A DNA stretch of 64,000 nucleotides from Nitrospirota bacterium (GCA_963790025.1 CAWBMP010000004.1:256001-320000), one strand, 5' to 3'; counted from the first letter of the stretch, positions 10,197-20,618 are shown. Notes: generated from the letters alone by a model not told the origin. Translations and numbers: made by a program.

Positions 10197-10239
10197 TGTA
10201 ATACTGCTTACACACTTTTTTTTACGGCCGGCATATAAT
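10197..10239 (+). promoter_or_regulatory. CRP/NtcA-like box TGTAA-N6-TTACA plus -10 TATAAT (class II geometry) upstream of tpsA1
   Basis: TGTAATACTGCTTACA at 10197-10212; TATAAT at 10234-10239 places the box centre at -41.5. Confidence 0.7.
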
Positions 10240-10359
10240 AATGGAAGCTAGGCCGCAGGACTTGACCTTAGTGTGGCTAAACGATGCCTTTTAATACAGA
10301 CATGGTATATAATTAGCGACCAGGGAAACAATGTAGCATCAAGTCGAGGGGGAGCAGTT

Positions 10360-13300
10360 ATGTCAGGACCGCTTCAAAGATATGCGGTTATTTTTGTCCT
10401 TCTCGTATTCAGTACAAACGTCGCCTTTGCCCTTCCCTCCGGGCCGCAGATTGCAAACGGGCAGGTCAGCTTCAACACCCTGGGCAATAATCTTACTGTC
10501 ACCAACAGCCCCAATTCGATAATCAACTGGCTGAGCTTTTCGATTGGCGGCAATGAGGCGGTGCGCTTTATACAGCAAAACAGCGCAAGCGCTGTCCTGA
10601 ACCGCATCACCGGGCAGTCTCCTTCGCAGATATTCGGTCTTCTGCAGTCCAACGGAAGAGTTTTCCTTGTCAACCCAAACGGCATACTCTTCGGTCAGGG
10701 CTCACAGATCAACGTGGCAGGGCTGGTCGCATCCACCCTGAACATCAACGATCAGGACTTCCTGGCAGGGAAGTATAACTTTACCGCAGGCGCTGTCGCC
10801 GGGAGCATCCAGCACCAGGGGACCATAACGACACCCTCCGGCGGCTCGGTATACCTGATAGCGCCCAACATAGAGAACAGCGGAATAATCACATCTCCTC
10901 AGGGCACAGTGCTGCTGGCAGCGGGGCACAGCGTGCAACTGGTGGATTCATCCAATCCTGACATAGCAGTTGTAGTGAGTTCTCCAACCGATCAGGCTGT
11001 GAACCTTGGGCAGATAATAGCGCAGAGCGGGACAGTGGGGATATACGGGGCTCTCATATCGCAGAAAGGGCTGGTGAGCGCAGACAGCGCGACAGTGGGG
11101 GCCAACGGCAAGATAATATTCAAGGCAAGCAAAAGTGTAACACTCGATGAAGGCAGCGTAACCAGCGCACAAGGCGGGGGGACCATCAGCGTTCTTGCAG
11201 ATATGCAGAATGGGACAGTGAATGTAGCGGGCACGCTTGATGCTTCAGCGCCGAATGGCGGCAATGGGGGTTTCATAGAGACCTCTGCGGCGAGTGTGAA
11301 GATAGCGGATACAGCCTATGTAACCACACTTGCGCCATACGGCAAGACAGGGACGTGGCTGATCGACCCGCCTGATTTCACTATTGACGCAAACCCGACA
11401 GTCGGAGATATCTCAGGTGCTGCTCTGGGCCAGGAACTTGATCTAACCAGCATTATCATACATAGCGCTGACGGCCTGAAAAACACAAGCGGCAACGGGG
11501 ACATTTTCGTCAATGACAGCATCTCCTGGAGCCACCCCACCACGCTCAGCCTGCTGGCAGACAGAAACATAAATATCAATCAAGCTATACAGGGCTCTAA
11601 CAGCGGTTCTGGAGTCGTACTTACCGCTTCCACCGGCTCCATCAGCGGCACAGGTGTCATAACTGCAGGCAGTCTCACAGCTAATGCAGCGACCGGAATT
11701 GGCAACAGTCAGGCACTGAACACAAAGGTCTCTACCCTGAGTGTCAGCAATTCCACTTCAGGGGACATCAACATTTCTAATAACGCAAGCGGCGGCATTC
11801 TTTACGTCAGCGGCACTAACTCTGCTTCGGGCGGGGACTTCAAAGTTGCAGAGAACTCCGGCTATATCTATGCCTACTCTATTACCGCCGGGAGGGATAT
11901 CACTCTGTCTAACAATACCGGATGGATTGAAACTGCCGGCACTATAACATCCGGGAGGGATATCACTCTGACCGACACCGGAAACAGTATTTACATTTGC
12001 GGCAATACTGTCAGCGCAATACGTAATATCAATTTGACCGCTGACTATATCGAAATATGTTCAAACGTAACGGCAAGCGGAGACTTGTCAGCTGTCACCC
12101 TAAACGGCGGTCTTGGTTTCTATAACGGGGGAAGCATCGACCTGACCGGTTCCGCTCCAACGCTCTCCATTAACAGCAAACCCTATACAGTTATTAACAG
12201 TCACAACTATTCGACTCTGCCGAATATAATTAACGTAAACCCGGCATCATACTATGCCCTCGGGCAAAATATGGACGCTTCGACATGGAGTTCGGGAATA
12301 AGCAGTTTCTCAGGTGTCTTTGAAGGCCTGGGACATACCATCAGCAATCTCAATATAAACAAAACCGGGGACTCTAATTACATCGGCCTGTTCGGAAACA
12401 ACAGCGGGACAATTCAGAATGTCGGGTTGACAAATGTGAATATAAATGTCACGGGCAACAGCAATTACGTGGGCGGACTGGTAGGGTATAACAGTGGAAC
12501 TGTCAGTAATGCATTCGTCACAGGTCAGTCTACCGGTTCAGCCATTACAGTAACCGGCAATAACAATTTTGTCGGTGGACTGGTAGGTTACAACTCCACC
12601 GCCGGCACTATCAACAATAATTCTTATAACTCCGGCTGTGTGACGGTACTGGGAGATAACAACAAAGTGGGAGGGTTGGCCGGGTCTAACATGGGAAGCA
12701 TCGACAGTTCCGGTAACACGGGCGGAATGTCCGTAACCGGCACTTCATCCGATGGCAATTTTGTCGGAGGTCTGGTCGGATACAACGATAGCGGCGGCGG
12801 TATTTGCTGGTCTTATAATAGCGGCGGGATAAATGTCAATGGGCAAGGCAATACTAATACCGTCGGAGGACTGGTTGGTGCCAACCAGTCCGGAAATACA
12901 ATCACCGGCAGCTATAACTCCGGACCGGTCGCGGCATACGGAAATAATAGTATCATAGGCGGCCTGGTAGGACAGAACAGCGGCAACATCACTTCTTCTT
13001 ATAACACCGCTACCGTGACCGAACACGGAGACACCGGCAAAACAGGCGGGCTGGCAGGATATAACAATGCAGGCACTATCGACAGTTCATACAACAACGG
13101 GGATGTGGCCGTAACAAGCAATTTATCGGACGGCAATGCGGTCGGAGGTCTCGTGGGATATAGTGACGGGACCATCCGGAATGCTTCCTACAACAGCGGT
13201 GCTGTGAGCGTCACGGGGATGGACTCCATAAATTACAATTATGTCGGCGGACTTGTAGGGCAAAACGCCGGCAGTATCGATTCAACATACAACAACGGCA

Positions 13301-16300
13301 TTGTGACTACAAGTGGCGATTATAACAAAGTCGGAGGATTGGTGGGCTCGAATGGCTCGAATGTCCCGGGCAACGCCGCAATAACTAATTCTTACAATAC
13401 AGGCACTGTAAACGACAGCAACGGCAGCAACAATTTAGTCGGTGGGCTTGTAGGATATAACTGTTTCGGGAACAGCATAAGCTATTCATACAGCAGCGGG
13501 CTTGTGAGCGGGACCAGCGCCTCCGGCACCCAAAAAGGCGGCATGGTCGGGCAGAATGACGGCACGATCACCAGCAGTTACTGGGATATGTATACTTCAG
13601 GCCTGACAAGCGGCGTAGGCTTGGACAATAACAGTGGGGCTACCACTTTGACCGGCCTGAGCAGTCAGTCCGGCAGCGCATTTGTGCAGAACAATTACGC
13701 GGGTTTTGATTTTACCAGCGGTTCTCCTGTTTGGTATATGGTCCCGGGATCTACAAGGCCTTTTCTTACCTCCGAATACAGCACTACCATAAGTAATGCG
13801 CACCAGCTGCAGTTAATCGGCATGAACGCTACCACCTTGAGTGCTAGTTACACACTCGCCAAAAATATCGACATGAACGAGCTGAAGAATTCATCGGGAA
13901 TGTGGAATTCTTCCTACAATTCGAGTACCCAAACATGGTCGGGAACAGGCTTTGTACCTGTTGGCAGCAATGCTAACACGGCATTTACCGGCAGCTTTTA
14001 CGGAAACGGTTATTTTATCGACGGGCTGTATATCAACACTACGGCTAATAATGTCGGCCTGTTCGGATATTCCAGCGGATACATTTATAATGTCCCTCTG
14101 AAAGATGTGAACATAAATGGCGGCAGCGGTAGTTACATTGGCGCCCTGGTGGGACATAACACCGGCAGCATCTACTATTCCTACAGCACAGGCACGGTAA
14201 GCACCAACGGTAGTTGCAGCGGTGGCGGCACCGTAGGCGGACTGGTCGGATATAATGACAGCAGTGGCACTATCACCAATTCATACAGCTCGACTAATGT
14301 AAGCACCATCAATAGCGGCGGTAGCGACAGCGTAGGCGGGCTGGTTGGTTCTAACTATGGCAGCATCGACTATTATTCCTACAGCACAGGCACGGTAACC
14401 ACCAACGGCAGCAACGGCAGAGACAGCGTAGGCGGCCTGGTTGGATATAATGACAGCAGGGGCACTATCACCAATTCATACAGTTCGGCCAATGTGAGCG
14501 CCAACAGCAGCCTGGGTGGTGACAGCGTCGGCGGCCTGGTGGGGTCTAACTATGGCAGCATCGGATATTATTCTTACAGCACAGGCACGGTAAACACCAA
14601 CGGCAGCAACGGCAGAGACAGCGTAGGCGGACTGGTCGGATATAATGACAGCAGGGGCACTATCACCAATTCCTACAGCTCGGCCAATGTGAGCGCCAAC
14701 AGCAGCCTGGGTGGTGACAGCGTAGGTGGACTGGTTGGGTCTAACTATGGCAGTGGCAGCAATGGCATCAGCAATTCTTACAGCACAGGCACGGTAACCA
14801 CCAACGGCAGCCTGGACAGCAACAGCGGCAACGCCAACAACACCAACCACAATAATAACGGTAACGACAATGTAGGCGGCCTTGTCGGATATAATTTTGG
14901 CAGCATCAACAATTCATACAGCTCGGCTGTAGTAAGCACAAACTACAGTTCTTGTCTCGACAGCGTAGGCGGACTGGTGGGATTTAATGACATCATTGGC
15001 TCTATCACCACTTCCTACAGCTCGGGTTCTGTAACCACCACTAACAGCAGCGGTGGCGAGAGTGTTGGCGGCTTGGTGGGGTCTAACTATGGCAGTGGCA
15101 GCAATGGCATCATCAATTCCTACAGCACAAGCATAGTAAGCATCAACGGCAGCTCAGACAGCGGCTACAGGAACGTCAACAACAGCAACAACAATAACAA
15201 CGGTAACGACAATATAGGCGGCCTGGCGGGATATAACAATGGCAGCATCAACAATTCATACAGCATTGGCTCAGTAAGCACCAACGGCAGCAACGGCGGA
15301 GACAGCATAGGCGGTCTGGTGGGATTTAATGACATCAGTGGCTCTATCACCACTTCCTTCAGCACGGCTAATGTAAGCACCATTAATAGCGGCGGTGGCG
15401 ACAGCGTAGGCGGACTGGTGGGGTCTAACTATGGCGGTGGCAGCAATGGCATCAGCAATTCTTACAGCACAGGCACGGTAACCGACAACAGCAGCGGCTC
15501 ATACGGCGTCAACCCCAACACTCCTTTAGCTAATTCCGGCAACGACTATGTAGGCGGATTGGCTGGATATAATAATGGCAACATCAACAATTCATACAGC
15601 ATTGGCTCAGTAAGCAGCAACGGCGGAGACAGCATAGGCGGTCTGGTGGGATCAAATAGCGGCAACATCGCCAACAGTTACTGGGATGCCACAATTAATC
15701 AAGGCCTGGATAACGGAATCGGCACGCCTCTGACCACGAATCAAATGATGAGTTACAACACTTTTCAAAATGTATGGAGCATTTCACAAAGTGGGACAAC
15801 AACACCTTCAGGGAATACACCATGGGTGATTTACGATGGTCTGACCTACCCGCTCTTAAAAAGTTTTCTGACTCCTTTGACAATTACCGCAAGTAGTATT
15901 ACGAAAACTTACGATGGCACACCATATTCCGGCGGCAATGGCGTCACATACTCTGTGCCGAATGCGTATAACTACCTTCAGGGAACTCTTGGCTATACAG
16001 GGACCGCCCAAGGGGCAATCGATCCCAATCCTACTTATACTATCATTCCTACCGGACTTTACTCGAACAACCAGCAGGGATACGATATCACTTATGTTCA
16101 AGGCACATTAACCATCACTGGCGGTACAACAACAACTGCGACTACTACAACTACTACTCAAGGTAGTACAACAACTGCGACTGATACAACAACGACTAAT
16201 ACGACTACGTCGCCCGCGACCACTGCCTTATCAACTCAAGGTAGTACAACAACTGCGACCACTACAACGCCTGCTCAAACTGCTGCAACAACTGCTTCGA

Positions 16301-16806
16301 CAGAGGCCAACACAACTGTCGTGAACTCGACCCAAACAGCCACGACGACAACCACTGTTACGCCTTCATTGCCTACAACAAGCAATCAGAACATTACAGC
16401 GTCTTTAGTTGATACATCAGCGCCTTCAACAACAGCTACATTATCTTCAGCAGACACAGCGAGTGCCTTTAATACGACAGTCTCTTCGGGGTCTTCTTTG
16501 AGTGGTCCACAGGGATACGGATATTCTTCGCCAACTGATCCGACAGTTCTGGCGACGTTCTCCGGGAAGGACGGTGCAGCAACGGCCTCGACAGGCTCTT
16601 TTGGGTTCGCCTACACAGGGCCATCAGCCGCAGAGATAGCTATATTCTCAGGAACAAGAGGTGGCACACAGGGATCTTCTTCGACAACGTCGTCGTCCGG
16701 AAGCGGAGCTGCGGGAAGTTCGGGAGGACGCTCAGGGAAACATGATACAGGAAGCACAGCAAGTGACAAGGGCAATCAGAAACCCAAGAAAACTTTTTGT
16801 AATTAG
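10360..16806 (+). CDS. TpsA filamentous hemagglutinin-like adhesin 1 (TPS domain, GLUG repeats, MBG-like domain, Thr/Ser-rich tail)
   Basis: Signal peptide (..AFA/LPSG), NPNGI TPS motif, WLIDP, many VGGLVGYN GLUG repeats, SITKTYDG..GYDITYVQGTLTI MBG-like domain, C-terminus KKTFCN. Confidence 0.92.
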   Translation: MSGPLQRYAVIFVLLVFSTNVAFALPSGPQIANGQVSFNTLGNNLTVTNSPNSIINWLSFSIGGNEAVRFIQQNSASAVLNRITGQSPSQIFGLLQSNGRVFLVNPNGILFGQGSQINVAGLVASTLNINDQDFLAGKYNFTAGAVAGSIQHQGTITTPSGGSVYLIAPNIENSGIITSPQGTVLLAAGHSVQLVDSSNPDIAVVVSSPTDQAVNLGQIIAQSGTVGIYGALISQKGLVSADSATVGANGKIIFKASKSVTLDEGSVTSAQGGGTISVLADMQNGTVNVAGTLDASAPNGGNGGFIETSAASVKIADTAYVTTLAPYGKTGTWLIDPPDFTIDANPTVGDISGAALGQELDLTSIIIHSADGLKNTSGNGDIFVNDSISWSHPTTLSLLADRNININQAIQGSNSGSGVVLTASTGSISGTGVITAGSLTANAATGIGNSQALNTKVSTLSVSNSTSGDINISNNASGGILYVSGTNSASGGDFKVAENSGYIYAYSITAGRDITLSNNTGWIETAGTITSGRDITLTDTGNSIYICGNTVSAIRNINLTADYIEICSNVTASGDLSAVTLNGGLGFYNGGSIDLTGSAPTLSINSKPYTVINSHNYSTLPNIINVNPASYYALGQNMDASTWSSGISSFSGVFEGLGHTISNLNINKTGDSNYIGLFGNNSGTIQNVGLTNVNINVTGNSNYVGGLVGYNSGTVSNAFVTGQSTGSAITVTGNNNFVGGLVGYNSTAGTINNNSYNSGCVTVLGDNNKVGGLAGSNMGSIDSSGNTGGMSVTGTSSDGNFVGGLVGYNDSGGGICWSYNSGGINVNGQGNTNTVGGLVGANQSGNTITGSYNSGPVAAYGNNSIIGGLVGQNSGNITSSYNTATVTEHGDTGKTGGLAGYNNAGTIDSSYNNGDVAVTSNLSDGNAVGGLVGYSDGTIRNASYNSGAVSVTGMDSINYNYVGGLVGQNAGSIDSTYNNGIVTTSGDYNKVGGLVGSNGSNVPGNAAITNSYNTGTVNDSNGSNNLVGGLVGYNCFGNSISYSYSSGLVSGTSASGTQKGGMVGQNDGTITSSYWDMYTSGLTSGVGLDNNSGATTLTGLSSQSGSAFVQNNYAGFDFTSGSPVWYMVPGSTRPFLTSEYSTTISNAHQLQLIGMNATTLSASYTLAKNIDMNELKNSSGMWNSSYNSSTQTWSGTGFVPVGSNANTAFTGSFYGNGYFIDGLYINTTANNVGLFGYSSGYIYNVPLKDVNINGGSGSYIGALVGHNTGSIYYSYSTGTVSTNGSCSGGGTVGGLVGYNDSSGTITNSYSSTNVSTINSGGSDSVGGLVGSNYGSIDYYSYSTGTVTTNGSNGRDSVGGLVGYNDSRGTITNSYSSANVSANSSLGGDSVGGLVGSNYGSIGYYSYSTGTVNTNGSNGRDSVGGLVGYNDSRGTITNSYSSANVSANSSLGGDSVGGLVGSNYGSGSNGISNSYSTGTVTTNGSLDSNSGNANNTNHNNNGNDNVGGLVGYNFGSINNSYSSAVVSTNYSSCLDSVGGLVGFNDIIGSITTSYSSGSVTTTNSSGGESVGGLVGSNYGSGSNGIINSYSTSIVSINGSSDSGYRNVNNSNNNNNGNDNIGGLAGYNNGSINNSYSIGSVSTNGSNGGDSIGGLVGFNDISGSITTSFSTANVSTINSGGGDSVGGLVGSNYGGGSNGISNSYSTGTVTDNSSGSYGVNPNTPLANSGNDYVGGLAGYNNGNINNSYSIGSVSSNGGDSIGGLVGSNSGNIANSYWDATINQGLDNGIGTPLTTNQMMSYNTFQNVWSISQSGTTTPSGNTPWVIYDGLTYPLLKSFLTPLTITASSITKTYDGTPYSGGNGVTYSVPNAYNYLQGTLGYTGTAQGAIDPNPTYTIIPTGLYSNNQQGYDITYVQGTLTITGGTTTTATTTTTTQGSTTTATDTTTTNTTTSPATTALSTQGSTTTATTTTPAQTAATTASTEANTTVVNSTQTATTTTTVTPSLPTTSNQNITASLVDTSAPSTTATLSSADTASAFNTTVSSGSSLSGPQGYGYSSPTDPTVLATFSGKDGAATASTGSFGFAYTGPSAAEIAIFSGTRGGTQGSSSTTSSSGSGAAGSSGGRSGKHDTGSTASDKGNQKPKKTFCN
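14180..14800 (+). repeat. Intragenic tandem repeats of ~195-198 nt (GLUG units) in tpsA1
   Basis: ACAGCACAGGCACGGTAA recurs at 14183, 14381, 14576 and 14780; units 2 and 3 are near-identical. Confidence 0.85.
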
Positions 16807-16870
16807 CCTCCCGCCAGGAAAACAAGCATATAAGGCTGAATAAATCTTTCTTTACAATGGGTGCCGTTTA
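16742..16870 (+). pseudogene. Duplication junction: truncated fecR 5' end joined to a copy of the CRP gene 3' end
   Basis: 16742-16812 matches 19875-19944 (MIQEAQQVT..KLFVISL); 16815-16871 matches the CRP 3' end 10140-10196. Confidence 0.85.
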
Positions 16871-16871
16871 A

Positions 16872-16914
16872 TGTAATCCTGCTTACACACCCTTTTTTAC
16901 GGCTGGCATAAAAT
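16872..16914 (+). promoter_or_regulatory. Second CRP/NtcA-like box plus -10 TAAAAT upstream of tpsA2
   Basis: TGTAATCCTGCTTACA at 16872-16887 and TAAAAT at 16909-16914, the same spacing as copy 1. Confidence 0.7.
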
Positions 16915-17017
16915 AATGTCAGATAGGCCGCAGGACATGACCTGGGCAAGGGGAAGTTGGCATGGTATATAATAGGAACCAGGGAAACAATATAGCATCA
17001 AGTCGAGGGGGGGAGTT

Positions 17018-19939
17018 ATGTCAGGACCGCGTCTAAGATATGCGATAATTTTTGTCCTTCTCGTATTCAGTACAAACGTCGCCTTTGCCCTTCCCTCCGG
17101 GCCGCAGGTTGCAAACGGGCAGGTCAGCTTCAAAACTCTGGGCAATAATCTTACTGTCACCAACAGCCCCAATTCGATAATCAACTGGCTGAGCTTTTCG
17201 ATTGGCGGCAATGAGGCGGTGCGCTTTATACAGCAAAACAGCGCAAGCGCTGTCCTGAACCGCATCACCGGGCAGTCTCCTTCGCAGATATTCGGTCTTC
17301 TGCAGTCAAATGGCAGGGTCTTTCTCATCAACCCAAACGGCATACTGTTTGGTAAGGGTTCACAGGTCAACGTAGCCGGACTGGTGGCATCCACACTGAA
17401 CATCAACGATCAGGATTTCCTGGCAGGGAAGTATAACTTTACTGCCGGCGCTGTTGCTGGGAGCATCCAGCACCAGGGGACGATAACGACGCCTTCCGGC
17501 GGCTCGGTATACCTGATAGCGCCAAATATAGAAAACAGCGGAATCATCACATCTCCGCAGGGCACAGTGCTGCTGGCGGCGGGACACAGCGTGCAACTGG
17601 TGGATTCATCCAATCCTGACATAGCAGTTGTAGTGAGTTCTCCAACCGATCAGGCTGTGAACCTTGGACAGATAATAGCGCAGAGCGGGACAGTGGGTAT
17701 ATACGGGGCTCTCATATCGCAGAAAGGGCTGGTGAGCGCAGACAGCGCAACAGTGGGGGCCAACGGCAAGATAATATTCAAGGCAACGGAAAGTGTAACG
17801 CTCGATGAAGGCAGTGTGACCAGCGCACAAGGCGGCGGGACCATCAGTGTTCTGGCAGATATGCAGAATGGGACAGTGAATGTAGCGGGCACGCTTGATG
17901 CTTCAGCGCCGAATGGCGGCAATGGGGGTTTCATAGAGACCTCGGCGGCAAATGTGAAGATAGCGGATACAGCCTATGTTACCACACTTGCGCCATACGG
18001 GAAGGCGGGAACGTGGCTGATCGATCCGACTGATTTTACCATCTCTTCGGGTAACGCATCGCAAACAACCAGTGGTATCGGTGCGAACACGTTGATGAAG
18101 GATCTCTCACTCGGCAATATGGCCATCCAAACCGATAATTCGACCGGCAGCAACCCCGGCGATATTTATGTTAATGGCCCTGTGAATTGGAGCAGCGCTT
18201 ACAGCCTGACTTTAACCGCCTATCATGATATATACATCAACTCTCACATTAATGCGGTTGGCGGTGCAGGACTTATACTCTCTTCGGGCACGAGCGGCAA
18301 CGGTGCCATAAGCGGCACGGGTAATATAACTGCCGGCACGCTTACAGCGACCGCAGCTACCGGCATCAGCCTTACAGGCAGTAACGTAGTTCCGATTGTA
18401 AGTCTCACAAACAATACCAGCGGCGATATCATTTACAATAGCGCCGTAGGCAGCGGGCAGACTCTTTACATATCAGGCAGGAACTCTGCGTCAAACGGGG
18501 CGTTCACCGTTACCGAGAACAGCGGCAATCTCAATGTATACAACAATGGTACCATTAATGGCATCACCAGTAATGGCGGTCTGGTGACCCTCACTGCCAA
18601 TACGGGCTCCATAAACGGCACAGGTGTTATAACTGCAAACAGCCTTACAGCGACTGCGGCTACCGGCATTAACCTGACCGGCAATAACATAGTGCCTGCT
18701 GTTAGCCTCACAAACAATACCAGCGGCGATATCAACTACGACAGCAGCGTAGGCAGCGGGCAGACTCTTAACGTTAGCGGCACTAACTATGCTTCCGGCG
18801 GTCTCTTCAATGTCACTGAGAAATCCGGCACTCTCAATGTGATCGACTCCTGTATCATTACTAATTCCGGAGCGGTAACCCTCACTACTTCTCCCGGGGC
18901 GGGCAACATCACCCTTACAAGCTATATAGACACGACAAACGGAAATACGGCCAGCGGGGCTGCCGTTTATCTTAATTCAGCAGGCAGCATAACAGGCGGC
19001 GTCTCCGGTACCCCCGGGATAATAACTGCAAACAGTCTCACAGCTACCGCGGCAAACGGCATTACCCTCGGCTCAGCAAACTACTATAATGACGTGCAGA
19101 ACGTAAGCCTCACAAACAATACCAGCGGCGATATCATTTACAATAGCGCCGTAGGCAGCGGGCAGACTCTTAACGTTAGCGGCACTAACTATGCTTCCGG
19201 CGGTCTCTTCAATGCCACAGAAAAATCCGGCACTCTCAATGTGGCAAACGCCGGTATTAAGACCACGGGCGGGCCGGTAACTCTCACCACAAATGCCGGT
19301 CCAATTACCGTTACAGGCCCTATAGATACGACCAATAGTAATACTGCTCCCCCTAACATCGTCACTCTTAATTCAGCGGGCGGCACAAGCGGCTCCGGGA
19401 AAATAACGGCCAAACAAAACACAACTACTGCGACCGATACAACGACGACTGATACCGCAACAACTACACCTGCTACTCAAACTGCTGCAACAGCGGCGAC
19501 TGATACAACGACGACTGATACCGCGACCACCGACCCATCAACCACTGCTGCACTTAATGCGTCGACAGAAGCCACTGCAACTGTTGTCAGCACGACCCAA
19601 TCAGTCACCACAACAATAGCCGTTACGCCTGCATTGCCTACAACCAGCAATCAAAGCGTTACGGCATCATTGGTGGATTCATCGCCGGCGACATCTCCTG
19701 AAACTGCAGGGCAGGATCCCCTGTCATTTGCTTTCGCAACAACAGTTAGTCCGGACTTGGGCACGGGCGCCTTACCCATCGGCACAGGCTCTCAAAGCCT
19801 CGCCCAGGGTCCGTCCTCCTCAGGCAATGGAGGTTCAGGGAGTTCAAAGGATTTTGACAGCGGTAAAGGAAAACATGATACAGGAGGCACAACAAGTGAC
19901 AAAGGCAATCATAAATCCAACAAAACTTTTTGTAATTAG
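17018..19939 (+). CDS. TpsA filamentous hemagglutinin-like adhesin 2 (shorter paralog)
   Basis: First ~335 aa near-identical to TpsA1; three SLTNNTSGDI.Y.S.VGSGQTL repeats; Thr-rich tail; C-terminus NKTFCN. Confidence 0.92.
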   Translation: MSGPRLRYAIIFVLLVFSTNVAFALPSGPQVANGQVSFKTLGNNLTVTNSPNSIINWLSFSIGGNEAVRFIQQNSASAVLNRITGQSPSQIFGLLQSNGRVFLINPNGILFGKGSQVNVAGLVASTLNINDQDFLAGKYNFTAGAVAGSIQHQGTITTPSGGSVYLIAPNIENSGIITSPQGTVLLAAGHSVQLVDSSNPDIAVVVSSPTDQAVNLGQIIAQSGTVGIYGALISQKGLVSADSATVGANGKIIFKATESVTLDEGSVTSAQGGGTISVLADMQNGTVNVAGTLDASAPNGGNGGFIETSAANVKIADTAYVTTLAPYGKAGTWLIDPTDFTISSGNASQTTSGIGANTLMKDLSLGNMAIQTDNSTGSNPGDIYVNGPVNWSSAYSLTLTAYHDIYINSHINAVGGAGLILSSGTSGNGAISGTGNITAGTLTATAATGISLTGSNVVPIVSLTNNTSGDIIYNSAVGSGQTLYISGRNSASNGAFTVTENSGNLNVYNNGTINGITSNGGLVTLTANTGSINGTGVITANSLTATAATGINLTGNNIVPAVSLTNNTSGDINYDSSVGSGQTLNVSGTNYASGGLFNVTEKSGTLNVIDSCIITNSGAVTLTTSPGAGNITLTSYIDTTNGNTASGAAVYLNSAGSITGGVSGTPGIITANSLTATAANGITLGSANYYNDVQNVSLTNNTSGDIIYNSAVGSGQTLNVSGTNYASGGLFNATEKSGTLNVANAGIKTTGGPVTLTTNAGPITVTGPIDTTNSNTAPPNIVTLNSAGGTSGSGKITAKQNTTTATDTTTTDTATTTPATQTAATAATDTTTTDTATTDPSTTAALNASTEATATVVSTTQSVTTTIAVTPALPTTSNQSVTASLVDSSPATSPETAGQDPLSFAFATTVSPDLGTGALPIGTGSQSLAQGPSSSGNGGSGSSKDFDSGKGKHDTGGTTSDKGNHKSNKTFCN

Positions 19940-20618
19940 CCTCCTGGCCCTGTTGTTTATACTGGTTGCGTATGCAGCGTCATTTGCCGGAGAAGCTGCA
20001 GGGACGGTCACGCACATTAGCGGTCCCCTGTTTGCAAAGAAGGCCGATGGTACGACCAGGGTCCTGTCCAAAGACTCTACAGTGGAATCAGGGGACGTTA
20101 TTGTGTCGGAGAAAAGCACGTATGCCCGTATAAAGTTCACTGACGGCAGCGAGATGACTCTGCGTCCGGACACCCAGATCAAAATAACAAACTACAGCTA
20201 TGATCAGGCCAAGCCCCAGGAAGATGCTGCTGTTTACGATTTGGCGAAAGGAGGACTTCGAGCTATTACAGGGGCCGTAGGGAAACGCGGCAATAAGGAC
20301 AGCTATAAAATGAATACGCCCACGGCAACAGTTGGGATCAGAGGGACAGTTTATGAGTGCCGGCTGTGCGAAGGCAACTGCGGGCAGGTCCCCAACGGTT
20401 TATATCTGTTTGTCGCAACAGGAGCAATCGCAGCTACGAACAGCGGCGGCTCGCAGCATATCAATGCAGGCCAGTATGCGTATGTTGCATCCCCGAGCGC
20501 CAAGCCTGTAATCCTGCCGGGGAATCCCGGTATAAATTTCACCTTGCCCCCGTCCATGACGTCAGCCTCCGGCCAATCCAAGGGCGGAAACAAGTCAGGC
20601 GACTGTACGGTTCGTTGA
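19875..20618 (+). CDS. FecR-domain periplasmic protein, overlapping tpsA2 3' end
   Basis: AAAGGA RBS before ATG 19875; hydrophobic N-terminus; GDVIVS..ARIKFTDGSEMTLRPDT, GGLRAITG and TPTATVGIRGT FecR motifs; ends GDCTVR. Confidence 0.88.
   Translation: MIQEAQQVTKAIINPTKLFVISLLALLFILVAYAASFAGEAAGTVTHISGPLFAKKADGTTRVLSKDSTVESGDVIVSEKSTYARIKFTDGSEMTLRPDTQIKITNYSYDQAKPQEDAAVYDLAKGGLRAITGAVGKRGNKDSYKMNTPTATVGIRGTVYECRLCEGNCGQVPNGLYLFVATGAIAATNSGGSQHINAGQYAYVASPSAKPVILPGNPGINFTLPPSMTSASGQSKGGNKSGDCTVR

Noticed and set aside
14180..15660. CRISPR array or DGR template/variable repeat in the AAC-rich repeats of tpsA1
   Set aside because: The repeats are in-frame coding units without unique spacers, differences are not adenine-specific, and there is no cas or reverse transcriptase gene in the window.
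16250..16330. LapG-type dialanine cleavage site in the TpsA tail
   Set aside because: TAA occurs trivially in Thr/Ala-rich sequence and no lapG/lapD is in the window.
10360..19939. CDI toxin system (CdiA/CdiI)
   Set aside because: No VENN/pre-toxin motif, no toxin-like C-terminal domain and no small immunity gene; the tails are low-complexity.
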